NCBI GenBank assembly: GCA_963678315.1
Contig: OY782781.1
Location: 2,784,001-2,848,000 of the forward strand
Direction of reading: 5' to 3'
DNA length: 64,000 nucleotides
Source of the DNA: Candidatus Cloacimonadales bacterium
GTDB taxonomy: Bacteria; Cloacimonadota; Cloacimonadia; Cloacimonadales; JAFGVF01
Within the stretch, counting starts at the first letter, position 1; every line of letters starts with the position of its first letter. The notes under the pieces are model-generated. The model made no database searches. It was not told the origin of the DNA and worked only from the letters and a program-made list of their open reading frames with translations. A program made the translations under genes and the position numbers. This document shows positions 22,010 to 31,359 of this stretch, in pieces.

Positions 22010-22432
22010 TTATTTATTAATTTTCCTATTTATTTGAACAATATAGCCATCTAAGCTTTCGAATCCAAAGTTTTCATACATCCTTTTAGCTCTAATATTA
22101 CTTTCATAGACTTCGAGCTTTGCTTGTAGTCCAATTGATTTACTGAAGTCTAAAGAGTTTTGTAGAAGCAATGACCCAATCCCATGACCTTGGTAAGCTT
22201 TTAATACTGCCATATGGTGAATATAAGTTCTCCTATAATCATGTGTTACCCAGACTGTTCCAACAACTTTGCCATCTTTGATTGCAGTAATCATTTTAGC
22301 ACCATGGTCCAGGGTTTTCTTCACTGAATGATAGTCATCACCACGAGCTGGATTAGCAATCCCTCGCTCCAACCAGATCTGTCTAATTTCTTCAAAAAGT
22401 TCTTCATTAAAATCAAAAGAAATCTTAATCAC
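22010..22432 (-). CDS. GNAT N-acetyltransferase
   Basis: HHMAVLKAYQGHGIG, NIRAKRMYENFGF. Confidence 0.82.
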   Translation of the reverse strand: MIKISFDFNEELFEEIRQIWLERGIANPARGDDYHSVKKTLDHGAKMITAIKDGKVVGTVWVTHDYRRTYIHHMAVLKAYQGHGIGSLLLQNSLDFSKSIGLQAKLEVYESNIRAKRMYENFGFESLDGYIVQINRKINK

Positions 22433-22658
22433 ATTTCCTCCAAACTCATCAATTTATAGCTAAAAAATCAATATGATAAATCTATAAAAATTACTACTAT
22501 TAATTTGGCAAGTAGATAGTTTAAATTTTAAAGCTTGACGATATTAATATAATTATGATTTTTGATGAAATAAGAAAAAATATTTAATATTCTTAATATT
22601 ATATAAGTTTTGAGAAATTTAAAATTAATATATTAAGTGTAATTGTGGAGGATTTTAC

Positions 22659-23825
22659 ATGAAGAAATACCTAGCTGTATTGATAGTTATTGCTTGTTTT
22701 TTAGCTGGCTGTTCTGTTTTCAGTTCTGGAAAAGATGAGTTAAGCCCTAGCGCAAGAAGATCATTAAGAAACGGAAACATCTATTATCCTGGTAATTTGG
22801 ACAAAGCTAGAAAGTTCTTATCCGAAGTTCTAGATGAGTATCCTGAAAATATTGAAGCTAACAAGAAAATGGCTGACATTTACTTTTCTGATGCTGAAAA
22901 CAATGAATCAATTGCTTATGAAAAATACTTGGAAGCATGGGACAAATACCAAATTGTTTACAACAAGTTGAGAGCAATTGAAAGAAAAGATCGTACTCGT
23001 AATCAAAGACGTTGGTATAAGGATACTAAGAAAAAGATTAAATCAATCTACTTAAGAATTCAAGCCCAAGCTAAAGAAGAATACTCAAAGTATTTAGAAG
23101 ATGGTTCTGGTAACGTAGAATTAGCAATTGAAAAATTCAATAAAACTATTGATTTAGATCCTACTCAAAATTCATCTTATGTTTTCTTATTAAAGATTTA
23201 TAGTTCAAAGATTGATGATCTCTATAAAGAAGAAGTTTTAGATGAAGCTAAATTAGCTGAATATGATAACATGATTTTAGGTTTCTTCGGTAAATTAGCT
23301 GAAAATGAACCAGACAATGTTAGTTACTTATCTAAATATGCTAAACAATTGTTTAACATGGAAAGATATAATGAATCATTAGAAGAATTCACAAACCTCA
23401 TCGAAGTAGATACTTATAACTTTGAGAATTACTATTATGCAGCTCAATGTAATGATAAATTAGGTAACTTAGATGAATCTATATCAATTATGACTTTAGC
23501 TAATACAAATATTCCTGAAAATGTTGATGTTCTTAAAACTTTAGCATTATATTCAAAACAAGCTGAGATGAAAGAAGATTATATCAATTACACTAAACAA
23601 TTAATTGATCTTGAAGCTTCTTCACCAATCTTAAGTTCATTCTGTGCTTTCTTGTATAAAGAAAAAATGTGGGAAGAGCTTCTAACATATTCTGAAAGAT
23701 GGTATGTTGTTGACAAAAAGAATGCTAACTCAGCTCGTTTCGCAGCTTACGCAGCTCAACAACTTAAACAAAATGATAAATATAAATTCTACGGAAAAAT
23801 ATTTAAAAAGTTATCTGGCAAATAA
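22659..23825 (+). CDS. TPR-repeat lipoprotein
   Basis: Lipobox LAGC, helical TPR-like repeats, GGAGG Shine-Dalgarno. Confidence 0.7.
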   Translation: MKKYLAVLIVIACFLAGCSVFSSGKDELSPSARRSLRNGNIYYPGNLDKARKFLSEVLDEYPENIEANKKMADIYFSDAENNESIAYEKYLEAWDKYQIVYNKLRAIERKDRTRNQRRWYKDTKKKIKSIYLRIQAQAKEEYSKYLEDGSGNVELAIEKFNKTIDLDPTQNSSYVFLLKIYSSKIDDLYKEEVLDEAKLAEYDNMILGFFGKLAENEPDNVSYLSKYAKQLFNMERYNESLEEFTNLIEVDTYNFENYYYAAQCNDKLGNLDESISIMTLANTNIPENVDVLKTLALYSKQAEMKEDYINYTKQLIDLEASSPILSSFCAFLYKEKMWEELLTYSERWYVVDKKNANSARFAAYAAQQLKQNDKYKFYGKIFKKLSGK

Positions 23826-23844
23826 TAGATATACATTATAAATT

Positions 23845-23879
23845 AAAAGAGCTTTGATTTAATCAAAGCTCTTTTTTTT
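23845..23879 (+). terminator. intrinsic terminator after the TPR lipoprotein gene
   Basis: AAAAGAGCTTTGAT...ATCAAAGCTCTTTTTTTT. Confidence 0.85.
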
Positions 23880-23966
23880 GCTTTATTTTTACAAAAGCAC
23901 AAGACTTTTATATTTACAACTGATATTTTTCAACATTAAGCTTTTTTATAAAAAGTCTGTCTTTAT

Positions 23967-24147
23967 CCCATTTGATGCAGTAGGCTTCTCGTGAAGAGTG
24001 CAGATTCCGTCTAAGCCGGACACGGTATTTCAGCAAAATAAGTTACAGAATCGAAGTTTGAATAATATATATTCTAGCTGAGGTTATGGAATTTATTCTT
24101 GCAAAATAATATAGTACTATTCTAGAAGTTCTACTGTATTAGATGGG
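23967..24147 (+). ncRNA. candidate rod-shaped ncRNA of 6S RNA size
   Basis: 23-bp closing stem 23967-23989 with 24124-24147 (four G-U pairs on the + strand, one bulge), plus nested inner stems; 181 nt; no ORF. Confidence 0.5.
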
Positions 24148-24165
24148 TTTATATCGCTTAATTAA

Positions 24166-24642
24166 CTATAAAGACAAAATTTCTTTATCTCCTTCTTTGC
24201 TAGCCCAAGAATACTTCACTTCTCCAACAAAGATAGTATGATCCCCGGAAAGCACTTGAGTTACAATATTACACTCGAAGTTTGCTACTGCTTTCTCAAA
24301 GATTGGTAATTTTCTGTATTTACCTGGGAAATGTTTCAATTTAGATAGTTCAATTTTATTAACATCTCTACCAGACTGTAAGCCAAAGAACATTGTTTCT
24401 TCGTGCATTTCGCTTGAAGGGATAACCAAGTTAAAGTATCTATTATTCTGAAGCGCTTCATAGGAATATCTTTGATTTCCAACAGATATAGCAAACATTG
24501 GAGGCTTTATTGATGTTTTCATAAACCATTCTAAAGTAATTACATTGGGTTTACCATCAGCTTGTTCTACAACTGCAAGTGCTACTCTTCTATTTTTATT
24601 AGATTTTGCATGAGCAAAGTTAAATTCTACTTGTTCCATCAT
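24166..24642 (-). CDS. flavin reductase family protein
   Basis: SIKPPMFAISV, FNLVIP, ANFEC...GDHTIFVGEV. Confidence 0.82.
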   Translation of the reverse strand: MMEQVEFNFAHAKSNKNRRVALAVVEQADGKPNVITLEWFMKTSIKPPMFAISVGNQRYSYEALQNNRYFNLVIPSSEMHEETMFFGLQSGRDVNKIELSKLKHFPGKYRKLPIFEKAVANFECNIVTQVLSGDHTIFVGEVKYSWASKEGDKEILSL

Positions 24643-24722
24643 AACTCCTTAATTATTCTCTTGATAAATATTATAATGAGAATTCTTATATTAGCAATAT
24701 TTACTCTTTAGATGAGAATTAG

Positions 24723-25904
24723 CTAATCAATAGTTAATAGTTTAGGTGTGAATGCACGTATTAGTATGAGTCCTAAAGGAGCAGTAAAAAGAATGGATAA
24801 TACTGCAATTGCTAATATCACATCGCCTTGAGCTATACCATTTTTAAGTGCTACGCTTCCTAATGCTGCTTGAACAGTAGCTTTTGGTAAATATGCAATT
24901 ACACAGAATAGTTTTTCTTTCTTGTTAAGTTTAGAGAAAGCAGTTGCAATTAGCACACCTAAAGATCGTGCTAGCAGACCTAAACATATAACAGCTAATC
25001 CCTTTAGTCCAGAACCTAGAGCTACATCAACATCAACAGCTAATCCGATTAGAATAAATAAGATTATCTCAGCAAAGACCCATATTTGAGATAAGCTAGA
25101 GGCTAAATCATTTGCTACTCTGTTATTCTTTTCAAGAATTACAAAGCCTACAGTCATAATACCCAACAAGGCTGCTGAATGTAATATATTTCCAACTTGT
25201 ACAAGCAGCATAGATATAGTTAGTAAGACCAGAGTTTTTTCTGTTGTATGAATATGCTTATCTCGCTTCTTAAAGTAATATACTAAAATATAACCGACAA
25301 TTATTCCTGGAATAATGCCCAACAATATTGAAATTGGAATATTTAAAAGAGCTTTACCAATGTGAGAATCTCCACCAGTAGCTAACCCAAGAAAAACCGA
25401 GAATATAGTAATTGCAAAAACATCATCAACAGAAGCACCAGCTAGAATTATAGTCGGAACATCTTTTTTCTTACCATATCCTTTTGATTTAAAGTCTAGC
25501 ATTGAAGGAACTATCACCGCAGGTGAAACTGCTGAGATCATGAAAGCAGTCAAACCAGACACTGCAAATGGAAAGTCGAACCAATAGTAGAATAACGTTG
25601 TCAGGAGTAGTCCTTCAAGAATACAAGGGATAAAGGACATAAGCAAAGCCGTGATACCTACCTTTTTTAAAGTCACCTTACTGATTCCTAATCCTGCTCT
25701 AAGTAGAATAACTATTAAAGCAAATGATTTTAGAAATGGCTCAGCTTCAAATATCAAGTTTGGAATTGATTCCTGATAAAAAAAACTAAATCCTATACCA
25801 TATATCAACATCCCTAATACTGATGGAAGTTTTAATTTAGTGAATAATTTACCTACAAACCATCCTCCAAGAACCATTAAAACCACAAATACATTCAAGT
25901 CCAT
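24723..25904 (-). CDS. cation:proton antiporter (CPA superfamily, NHA2-like)
   Basis: Many TM helices; ILLRAGL, AVSPAVIVP, GASVDDV, PKATVQAA; start at the ATG after AAGGAG. Confidence 0.88.
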   Translation of the reverse strand: MDLNVFVVLMVLGGWFVGKLFTKLKLPSVLGMLIYGIGFSFFYQESIPNLIFEAEPFLKSFALIVILLRAGLGISKVTLKKVGITALLMSFIPCILEGLLLTTLFYYWFDFPFAVSGLTAFMISAVSPAVIVPSMLDFKSKGYGKKKDVPTIILAGASVDDVFAITIFSVFLGLATGGDSHIGKALLNIPISILLGIIPGIIVGYILVYYFKKRDKHIHTTEKTLVLLTISMLLVQVGNILHSAALLGIMTVGFVILEKNNRVANDLASSLSQIWVFAEIILFILIGLAVDVDVALGSGLKGLAVICLGLLARSLGVLIATAFSKLNKKEKLFCVIAYLPKATVQAALGSVALKNGIAQGDVILAIAVLSILFTAPLGLILIRAFTPKLLTID

Positions 25905-25923
25905 TTCTTCTCCTTTATTATGC

Positions 25924-25973
25924 AAAAAAATGACTCCTGCATAACACTAATTAAAATATTATGTAGGAGTCAT
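25924..25973 (-). terminator. riboswitch expression-platform terminator
   Basis: ATGACTCCTACATAA...TTATGCAGGAGTCAT-TTTTTT; the 5' arm overlaps the 3' end of the aptamer. Confidence 0.85.
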
Positions 25974-26026
25974 TAGTCTTTCGACGGTTTTATATAATCT
26001 AATTATATAGGCGAACTCCATCACCT
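25963..26026 (-). ncRNA. fluoride riboswitch (crcB motif)
   Basis: GGTGATGGAGTTCGCC...AAACCGTCGAAAGACTAATGACTCCTAC matches the crcB aptamer pattern, including the GGAGT/ACTCC pseudoknot pairing. Confidence 0.9.
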
Positions 26027-26199
26027 TGAAATCAATCAATCTATGATCTTTGAATTAGTCAAGTTTTTTAGCTCAAGAAAAAACTATTGACTTAGTTCTC
26101 AAGATTAAAAGAGTATAATTATGGAAAGGCAGGCTAGCAGTCTAGCTCAGCATTCACCGAATGCTGTCCCTCCATAAAAATAATACTTAATGAGGATTT

Positions 26200-27090
26200 A
26201 TGCTTAATCTTGATGTTTATAAATGCGGATTTGTTGCTATTATCGGAAAACCAAATGTAGGAAAGTCTACATTGATGAATCATTTGATTGGGGAAAAAAT
26301 CTCAATCATTTCATCTAAACCCCAAACAACTAGACAAAGCCTTAAAGGCATCTATTCTGATGATACAAAGCAGATTATTTTTGTTGATACACCAGGATTT
26401 CTAAAGCCTAGATATGAGCTTCACAATAGAATGCTTGACCTTATTATGAGCTCTCTTAAAAACTCAGATCTGATTGTCTTTATAACAGACGCTAACCACT
26501 TCCCTACTGATTACGATAAGGAACTGCTAAAAGAACTTGAAAGCGTTAGATTGCCTAAAGTAGCCTTGCTTAATAAAATTGATTTAATTGATCAAGCTAC
26601 AATAGCGGAAAAGACTGATCTCTTATCTAAACACTTCGATAAAGTTATTCCTATTTCAGCTCTTAAAAGTACAAATACAGATACATTACTTGATACTTTT
26701 GCAGAAATGCTACCTTTCAGTCCCCCATTATATGACCCAGATCACTTATCAGATTTACCAATGCGTTTCTTTGCTCAAGAGATTATTCGAGAAAAGATTT
26801 TCTTGAATTTCTCTGATGAAATCCCATATTCAACAGCCATTCTTATTGATAGATATGATGAAACAGACGAAAGTGTAAAGATTGATGCATCTTTATGGAT
26901 TGAAAGAGCTTCGCAAAAACCTATTGTAATAGGAAAAGGAGGCTCTATGATTAAGAAGATTCGCCTTGATGCACAAAGAGAACTAAAGAACTTTGTTGGA
27001 AAAGCAGTCAAAATTGAAATATTTGTTAAAATTAAAAAGAAATGGAGAAAGAATAATAGTCATTTAAATGAACTAGGATTCAAGAAGTAA
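26200..27090 (+). CDS. era: GTPase Era
   Basis: GFVAIIGKPNVGKST, KPQTTR, DTPG, NKID, KH domain with VIGKGG. Confidence 0.96.
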   Translation: MLNLDVYKCGFVAIIGKPNVGKSTLMNHLIGEKISIISSKPQTTRQSLKGIYSDDTKQIIFVDTPGFLKPRYELHNRMLDLIMSSLKNSDLIVFITDANHFPTDYDKELLKELESVRLPKVALLNKIDLIDQATIAEKTDLLSKHFDKVIPISALKSTNTDTLLDTFAEMLPFSPPLYDPDHLSDLPMRFFAQEIIREKIFLNFSDEIPYSTAILIDRYDETDESVKIDASLWIERASQKPIVIGKGGSMIKKIRLDAQRELKNFVGKAVKIEIFVKIKKKWRKNNSHLNELGFKK

Positions 27091-27121
27091 TCTTTATTAC
27101 AACTTTAGGGCTCCCTTACTA

Positions 27122-27465
27122 GCCCCTTTGAAAAATCGGCTTTTTTTCAAGCAGACCAGTAAGGAAGGAGTGAGAAGTTATTGGGAACGCTTTGCCTTTA
27201 GTCCGGCTGCTGCCGGATAGCTGGCAAAGAGAAGTTAGGAGTGAGGAGTTAGGAGTTAGGATCAGACTGGGAACTGGGATCGCCAGCCTCTGCGCTGGCT
27301 TCACTTAGAACGTAGTGATAAGTGAATTTGTAGAGACGTTTCGAAAACATCTCAAAAAAGGGAGTGTAAGCATCCACCGATAGGTTGAAGGAACTTCATG
27401 CTTACGCAAAGTAGATTATTTTTTCGTAGCCAGGGCCGTGTCAGGCTTTGACTGAGTCTTGCACC
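27122..27465. repeat. mosaic REP/BIME-like element, family 1 copy B (inverted)
   Basis: Reverse complement of 8221-8481 with an expanded AGTTAGG/AGTGAGG heptamer run; GTAGAGACGTT unit; GTAGCCA unit at ~27425. Confidence 0.85.
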
Positions 27466-27708
27466 CCATGTACAATGACATAAAAGAATCAAATCCCGAA
27501 GGGACGGTATAATTTCAAATGAAAAGAGAAAAGTGAAAAATGAAAACTGATAACACAGAAAAGGCAGATTATATAGATACGATGTTTACGAGTTAAAATG
27601 TTTAATTGTTGAGAAGTCGAAATGTTTAATTTCTTAGGATCTGGATTTGTGTATATTGGTGTTATTTGTGGCTATTTCTCTTATTTATTATTTAGTCTCG
27701 AAGGTAGT

Positions 27709-27733
27709 TTCGCAAGCAAAATGCTTGCAACCC
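27709..27733. repeat. REP-like palindrome
   Basis: TTC-GCAAGCA-AAA-TGCTTGC-AACCC. Confidence 0.65.
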
Positions 27734-27882
27734 AAGAGTAGCGACGTTTAGTAGAATTCACCCTCATTCTGTCTACTTTCAGATAGCCCAAAACACACAA
27801 TAATTGGCATATTTTCCTATTTATATTGACAGGAATGTCTAAAATAAATTCATGCACTTGAAATATGATTTTAGGAGAAAAA

Positions 27883-28851
27883 ATGTTAAGACACTTTAAT
27901 TCTGAGAATTTTAAACAGATTTTAGGAATTATTTTGGGAAGTATCTTTTATGGAATAGGATACTCATGGTTTTTAGTACCTTACCAAATGTCACCCGGTG
28001 GCGTTGGAGGTATCGCACAGATTTTGAATCACTTCTTTGATTTACCTGTTGGTGTAATAAGTATTTCAATGAATATACCATTGTTCATTGTTTCTTTCTT
28101 ATTAATAGGAAAAACATTTGGTTCAAGGTCTATATACGGTATGATTATTAGTGCGTTAATGATTGATGCTGTAAGTTTCCCATTCCTACACAAAATTGGA
28201 TTGATTTCAAGCTTAGATGCTTATACTCATGTATTTAAAGGTAAACAAATTCTAGCAATGTTAGGACCAGACGATATTTATTTATCAGCTATTGCAGGTT
28301 CTGTGCTTTTAGGATTTGGTTTAGGAATAATCTTTAGGTTCCGTGGTTCTACGGGTGGTACTGATATTCCAGTTGCTTTAGTTAAGCAAAAAACAGGAAT
28401 TTCAGTTGGTACTGCTTACTGGGTTATCGAAACACTGATTATTCTTAGTGTATGCCTTGTATTCCAAGATATAAAGCTACTAATTTGGGCTTATATCAAC
28501 TTGTTCATATCTACCAAAATTACAGATATTGCTAGTGAAGGTCTTCCTTATATTAAAGGTGTATATATTATTTCAACTGAAGCGATTGAAATTAAAAATG
28601 AGATTTATAAGCAATTAAACCGTGGTGTTACTATGTTCAAAGCACAATCAGGTTGGAGTAACCGTGATTTAAATGTTTTATTGTGTGTGTGTAACAGACG
28701 CCAAGTTGGTCCTTTAACAGACCTTGTAAAATCTATCGATCCGAACTCATTTGTTATCTTAAATGATGTTTATGATGTGATGGGATATGGATTCAAGAGC
28801 AGACAGCTGAACTTACAGGATAAGAAGCCTGAACAAAAGGCTAAAGCATAG
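27883..28851 (+). CDS. YitT family membrane protein
   Basis: PGGVGGIA, NIPLF, GSTGGTD, IDPNSFV...VMGYGF; start after AGGAG. Confidence 0.85.
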   Translation: MLRHFNSENFKQILGIILGSIFYGIGYSWFLVPYQMSPGGVGGIAQILNHFFDLPVGVISISMNIPLFIVSFLLIGKTFGSRSIYGMIISALMIDAVSFPFLHKIGLISSLDAYTHVFKGKQILAMLGPDDIYLSAIAGSVLLGFGLGIIFRFRGSTGGTDIPVALVKQKTGISVGTAYWVIETLIILSVCLVFQDIKLLIWAYINLFISTKITDIASEGLPYIKGVYIISTEAIEIKNEIYKQLNRGVTMFKAQSGWSNRDLNVLLCVCNRRQVGPLTDLVKSIDPNSFVILNDVYDVMGYGFKSRQLNLQDKKPEQKAKA

Positions 28852-28859
28852 ATTGATTT

Positions 28860-28888
28860 AAGAGCTTTGATTATTCGAAGCTCTTTTT
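28860..28888 (+). terminator. intrinsic terminator
   Basis: AAGAGCTTTGA...TCGAAGCTCTTTTT. Confidence 0.75.
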
Positions 28889-29067
28889 CTTTTTTACACC
28901 AATTATAACATGTAAGCAGTTCTTTACTAAGGATTTTCAATTAACGATAAATTTCATTTAAACACTTGACAGATATGCAAAAAAAAATATATTTTACTTA
29001 ATATGATTAATAATGATTAAGGAAATTTTATAAATAAATAATATACATAGTTTTAGACTTAATGGCT

Positions 29068-29100
29068 AACCACTGTGCAGAATTGCTTACAGTGGTTTTT
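29068..29100 (+). promoter_or_regulatory. terminator-like hairpin in the rimP-nusA-infB leader
   Basis: AACCACTGT...ACAGTGGTT followed by TTT, ~22 nt before the rimP start. Confidence 0.5.
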
Positions 29101-29122
29101 AATTTATATAAAAGGTGATAAG

Positions 29123-29599
29123 ATGAACAAAGAACGAATATCGATTTTAGATGACATAGCCAAGAGAGCTTCAAAAGAAGTTGGAGTTTCTTTGTATGAT
29201 GTTGAAGAGAAAAAAACAAATCATGGGCTTGTCGCAATAATATATATTACAAAGTTGGGTGGAGTAACTGTAGACGAGTGTACATCAGTAAGTAGAATTA
29301 TTGGAGCAGAACTTGAGTTACTAGATATTTACAAAGGTAAATATACTATTGAAGTCTCTTCACCAGGTTTAGAAAGAGAATTAAAATATAAAAAACACTA
29401 TGCAAGTGCAATAAATAATAGAGTTAAAATCAAATATCAGGAAGATGAACAGAGATTAGTTGTAGAAGGGATTTTAAAGGAAGTAAGTCCTCAAGCTATC
29501 AAAATTGAGACTAACGATAATGAAATTGTAATACCTTTCACTTCAATAAAAAAAGCAAGAACATTGTTTGATTTTTCAGATACCAAGGAGAAGAAATAA
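29123..29599 (+). CDS. rimP: ribosome maturation factor RimP
   Basis: GVTVDECTSVSR, YTIEVSSPGLEREL; first gene before nusA; start moved to the ATG after AAGGTG. Confidence 0.93.
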   Translation: MNKERISILDDIAKRASKEVGVSLYDVEEKKTNHGLVAIIYITKLGGVTVDECTSVSRIIGAELELLDIYKGKYTIEVSSPGLERELKYKKHYASAINNRVKIKYQEDEQRLVVEGILKEVSPQAIKIETNDNEIVIPFTSIKKARTLFDFSDTKEKK

Positions 29600-30834
29600 T
29601 GAGTTCAAATTTACTTGCAGTCTTAAATCAATTAGCTAACTTTAAACAGTTAGACAAAGAGATGCTTACAGAGATTATCAGAGAAAGTTTATATAATTCT
29701 ATATCAAAAAAACTAGCTCCTGAAAATGAATTAGAAATCAAGCTTGATTTCAAATCGAATGAAATATACGCTCATTTCAAAAAAGTAGTTGTTCTAGCTG
29801 ACACGCAATTAGGGGATATTAGTCTAGCTGAAGCAAAAAAGCAATATGGCAGAGATATTGAGTTAGGTGATAAAGTTGATGTAACAATGCAACTCCATGA
29901 ATTTGGACCAAAAGTTATCAAGAATGCTAAGAAAGCTATTCAAGAAAGAATTAAACGAGAAGATAATAACAAAACTTCTTTGCACTTTGAAAATCAAAAA
30001 CATACTATTGTTACAGGTAAAGTAAAGACTATAGGCTTTAGCGGTATCAAAGTAGATATTGGCTATACTACAGCCCTGCTTCCACCAGAAGAGCAAATTG
30101 AAGAAGAATATTATAAAGTTGGTGACATAGTGAAAGCTTATGTTACTAATATTAGAAGAAAAGAAAACTCTGTTACTATTCTCTTATCAAGAACTAACCC
30201 TGAATTCGTAAAGAAACTTTTTGAAAACGAAATACCTGAAGTAATCAGAGGTGAAATCGTTATTAAAAAGATTGTCAGAGAACCAGGCATAAGAACAAAA
30301 GTAGAAGTATGTTCTGAAAATGAGCACATAGATGCAGCAGGAAGCTGTTTGGGTGTTAAAGGTGTTAGAATCGACTCAATTAGAAAAGAGCTACATGGTG
30401 AGCAAATCGATATCGTTGTTTCTAATGAAGATATTGACGAATATATTGCTAATGCAATAGGTAAAGACCTAGTAGAACGTGTAATCGTTTCTGATAGAGG
30501 TAAATTTGCTAGAGTTATTGTTAAAGAAAAGAATAAGAATCTTGCTATAGGTAAAAAAGGTAAAAATGTTAGACTAGCAGCAAAGCTAACTAACTTTAAA
30601 ATAGATATATACACTAAAGAAGAGTTTGACTTCAAATTAGCAGAAGAAAGAAGAATTACTAACCATGTAAGCGAACTAGATGGAGTTACTCCAAACATCG
30701 CACAAATTTTGAAGAACCATGGTTATACATCTGTTCAAGATATATTCTTAGCTACAACAGAAGAACTCTGTAACTTAGAAGGAATAGGAAGCAAAACTGC
30801 TGAAAAGTTAAAAGAATCAGCGGAGGCTTTCTAG
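29599..30834 (+). CDS. nusA: transcription elongation factor NusA
   Basis: S1 and KH domains, LSRTNPEF, REPGIRTK, AIGKKGKNVRLAAKLT, C-terminal HhH. Confidence 0.96.
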   Translation: MSSNLLAVLNQLANFKQLDKEMLTEIIRESLYNSISKKLAPENELEIKLDFKSNEIYAHFKKVVVLADTQLGDISLAEAKKQYGRDIELGDKVDVTMQLHEFGPKVIKNAKKAIQERIKREDNNKTSLHFENQKHTIVTGKVKTIGFSGIKVDIGYTTALLPPEEQIEEEYYKVGDIVKAYVTNIRRKENSVTILLSRTNPEFVKKLFENEIPEVIRGEIVIKKIVREPGIRTKVEVCSENEHIDAAGSCLGVKGVRIDSIRKELHGEQIDIVVSNEDIDEYIANAIGKDLVERVIVSDRGKFARVIVKEKNKNLAIGKKGKNVRLAAKLTNFKIDIYTKEEFDFKLAEERRITNHVSELDGVTPNIAQILKNHGYTSVQDIFLATTEELCNLEGIGSKTAEKLKESAEAF

Positions 30835-30839
30835 TAATT

Positions 30840-31070
30840 GTGTCCTTGAAGCATATACCTACAAGAAGCTGTGTAGTTTGCAGAAAAAAAAACAGTAAAT
30901 CAAACTTATTGAGATTTCAAGTTTTAGCAGATGAAATTGTTTATGACAATAAGCAAATACTAAATGGCAGAGGATATTATGTTTGTAAAGATCTACAATG
31001 TATAGAAAGATTATCTATATGGAAAACAAAGAGATTAAAGAGGTTACGCAAGACACAGAAGAAAAGTTAA
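30840..31070 (+). CDS. ylxR: YlxR/DUF448 family protein
   Basis: HIPTRSCVVCR...GRGYYVC; conserved position after nusA. Confidence 0.85.
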   Translation: MSLKHIPTRSCVVCRKKNSKSNLLRFQVLADEIVYDNKQILNGRGYYVCKDLQCIERLSIWKTKRLKRLRKTQKKS

Positions 31071-31351
31071 TAAGACTTCTTCAGCTTGCCCAAAGAGCAG
31101 GTAAGTTGAAGTATGGAATAGGTATGCTCAAAACTCTGAATAGAAAAATAAAGATAATAGTAATAAGTAAAGATGTTTCTGAGAGTAATCTGAGAAAGAT
31201 TAATAATTTTGAAGGTATAAATCCTACTATTGTTAAAGTAGGTACAAAAGTAACACTTGGCCAAGCTTTAGGCCGAGAAGCAGTGAGCGTGATTTCACTT
31301 ACTGATGTTAATTTTGGTGATGGAATAATGAAATTAGTGACTCAAAATTAG
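30998..31351 (+). CDS. L7Ae family RNA-binding protein (YlxQ-like)
   Basis: LLQLAQRAGKL..G, LGQALGR; between ylxR and infB; true start may be 31019. Confidence 0.8.
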   Translation: MYRKIIYMENKEIKEVTQDTEEKLIRLLQLAQRAGKLKYGIGMLKTLNRKIKIIVISKDVSESNLRKINNFEGINPTIVKVGTKVTLGQALGREAVSVISLTDVNFGDGIMKLVTQN

Positions 31352-31359
31352 GAGGAATA

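Noticed and set aside
23970..24025. Twister ribozyme or riboswitch resemblance (TGATGCAG...TCTAAGCCGG)
   Set aside because: The order of elements does not fit the twister consensus, and the long-range rod pairing explains the sequence better.
28860..28888. Similarity between the terminators at 23845 and 28860 (AAGAGCTTTGATT)
   Set aside because: Too short to separate a repeat family from convergent terminator sequence.
30138..30698. 186-aa antisense ORF in nusA and other antisense ORFs inside long genes
   Set aside because: Shadow frames of well-supported genes with no recognisable motifs.
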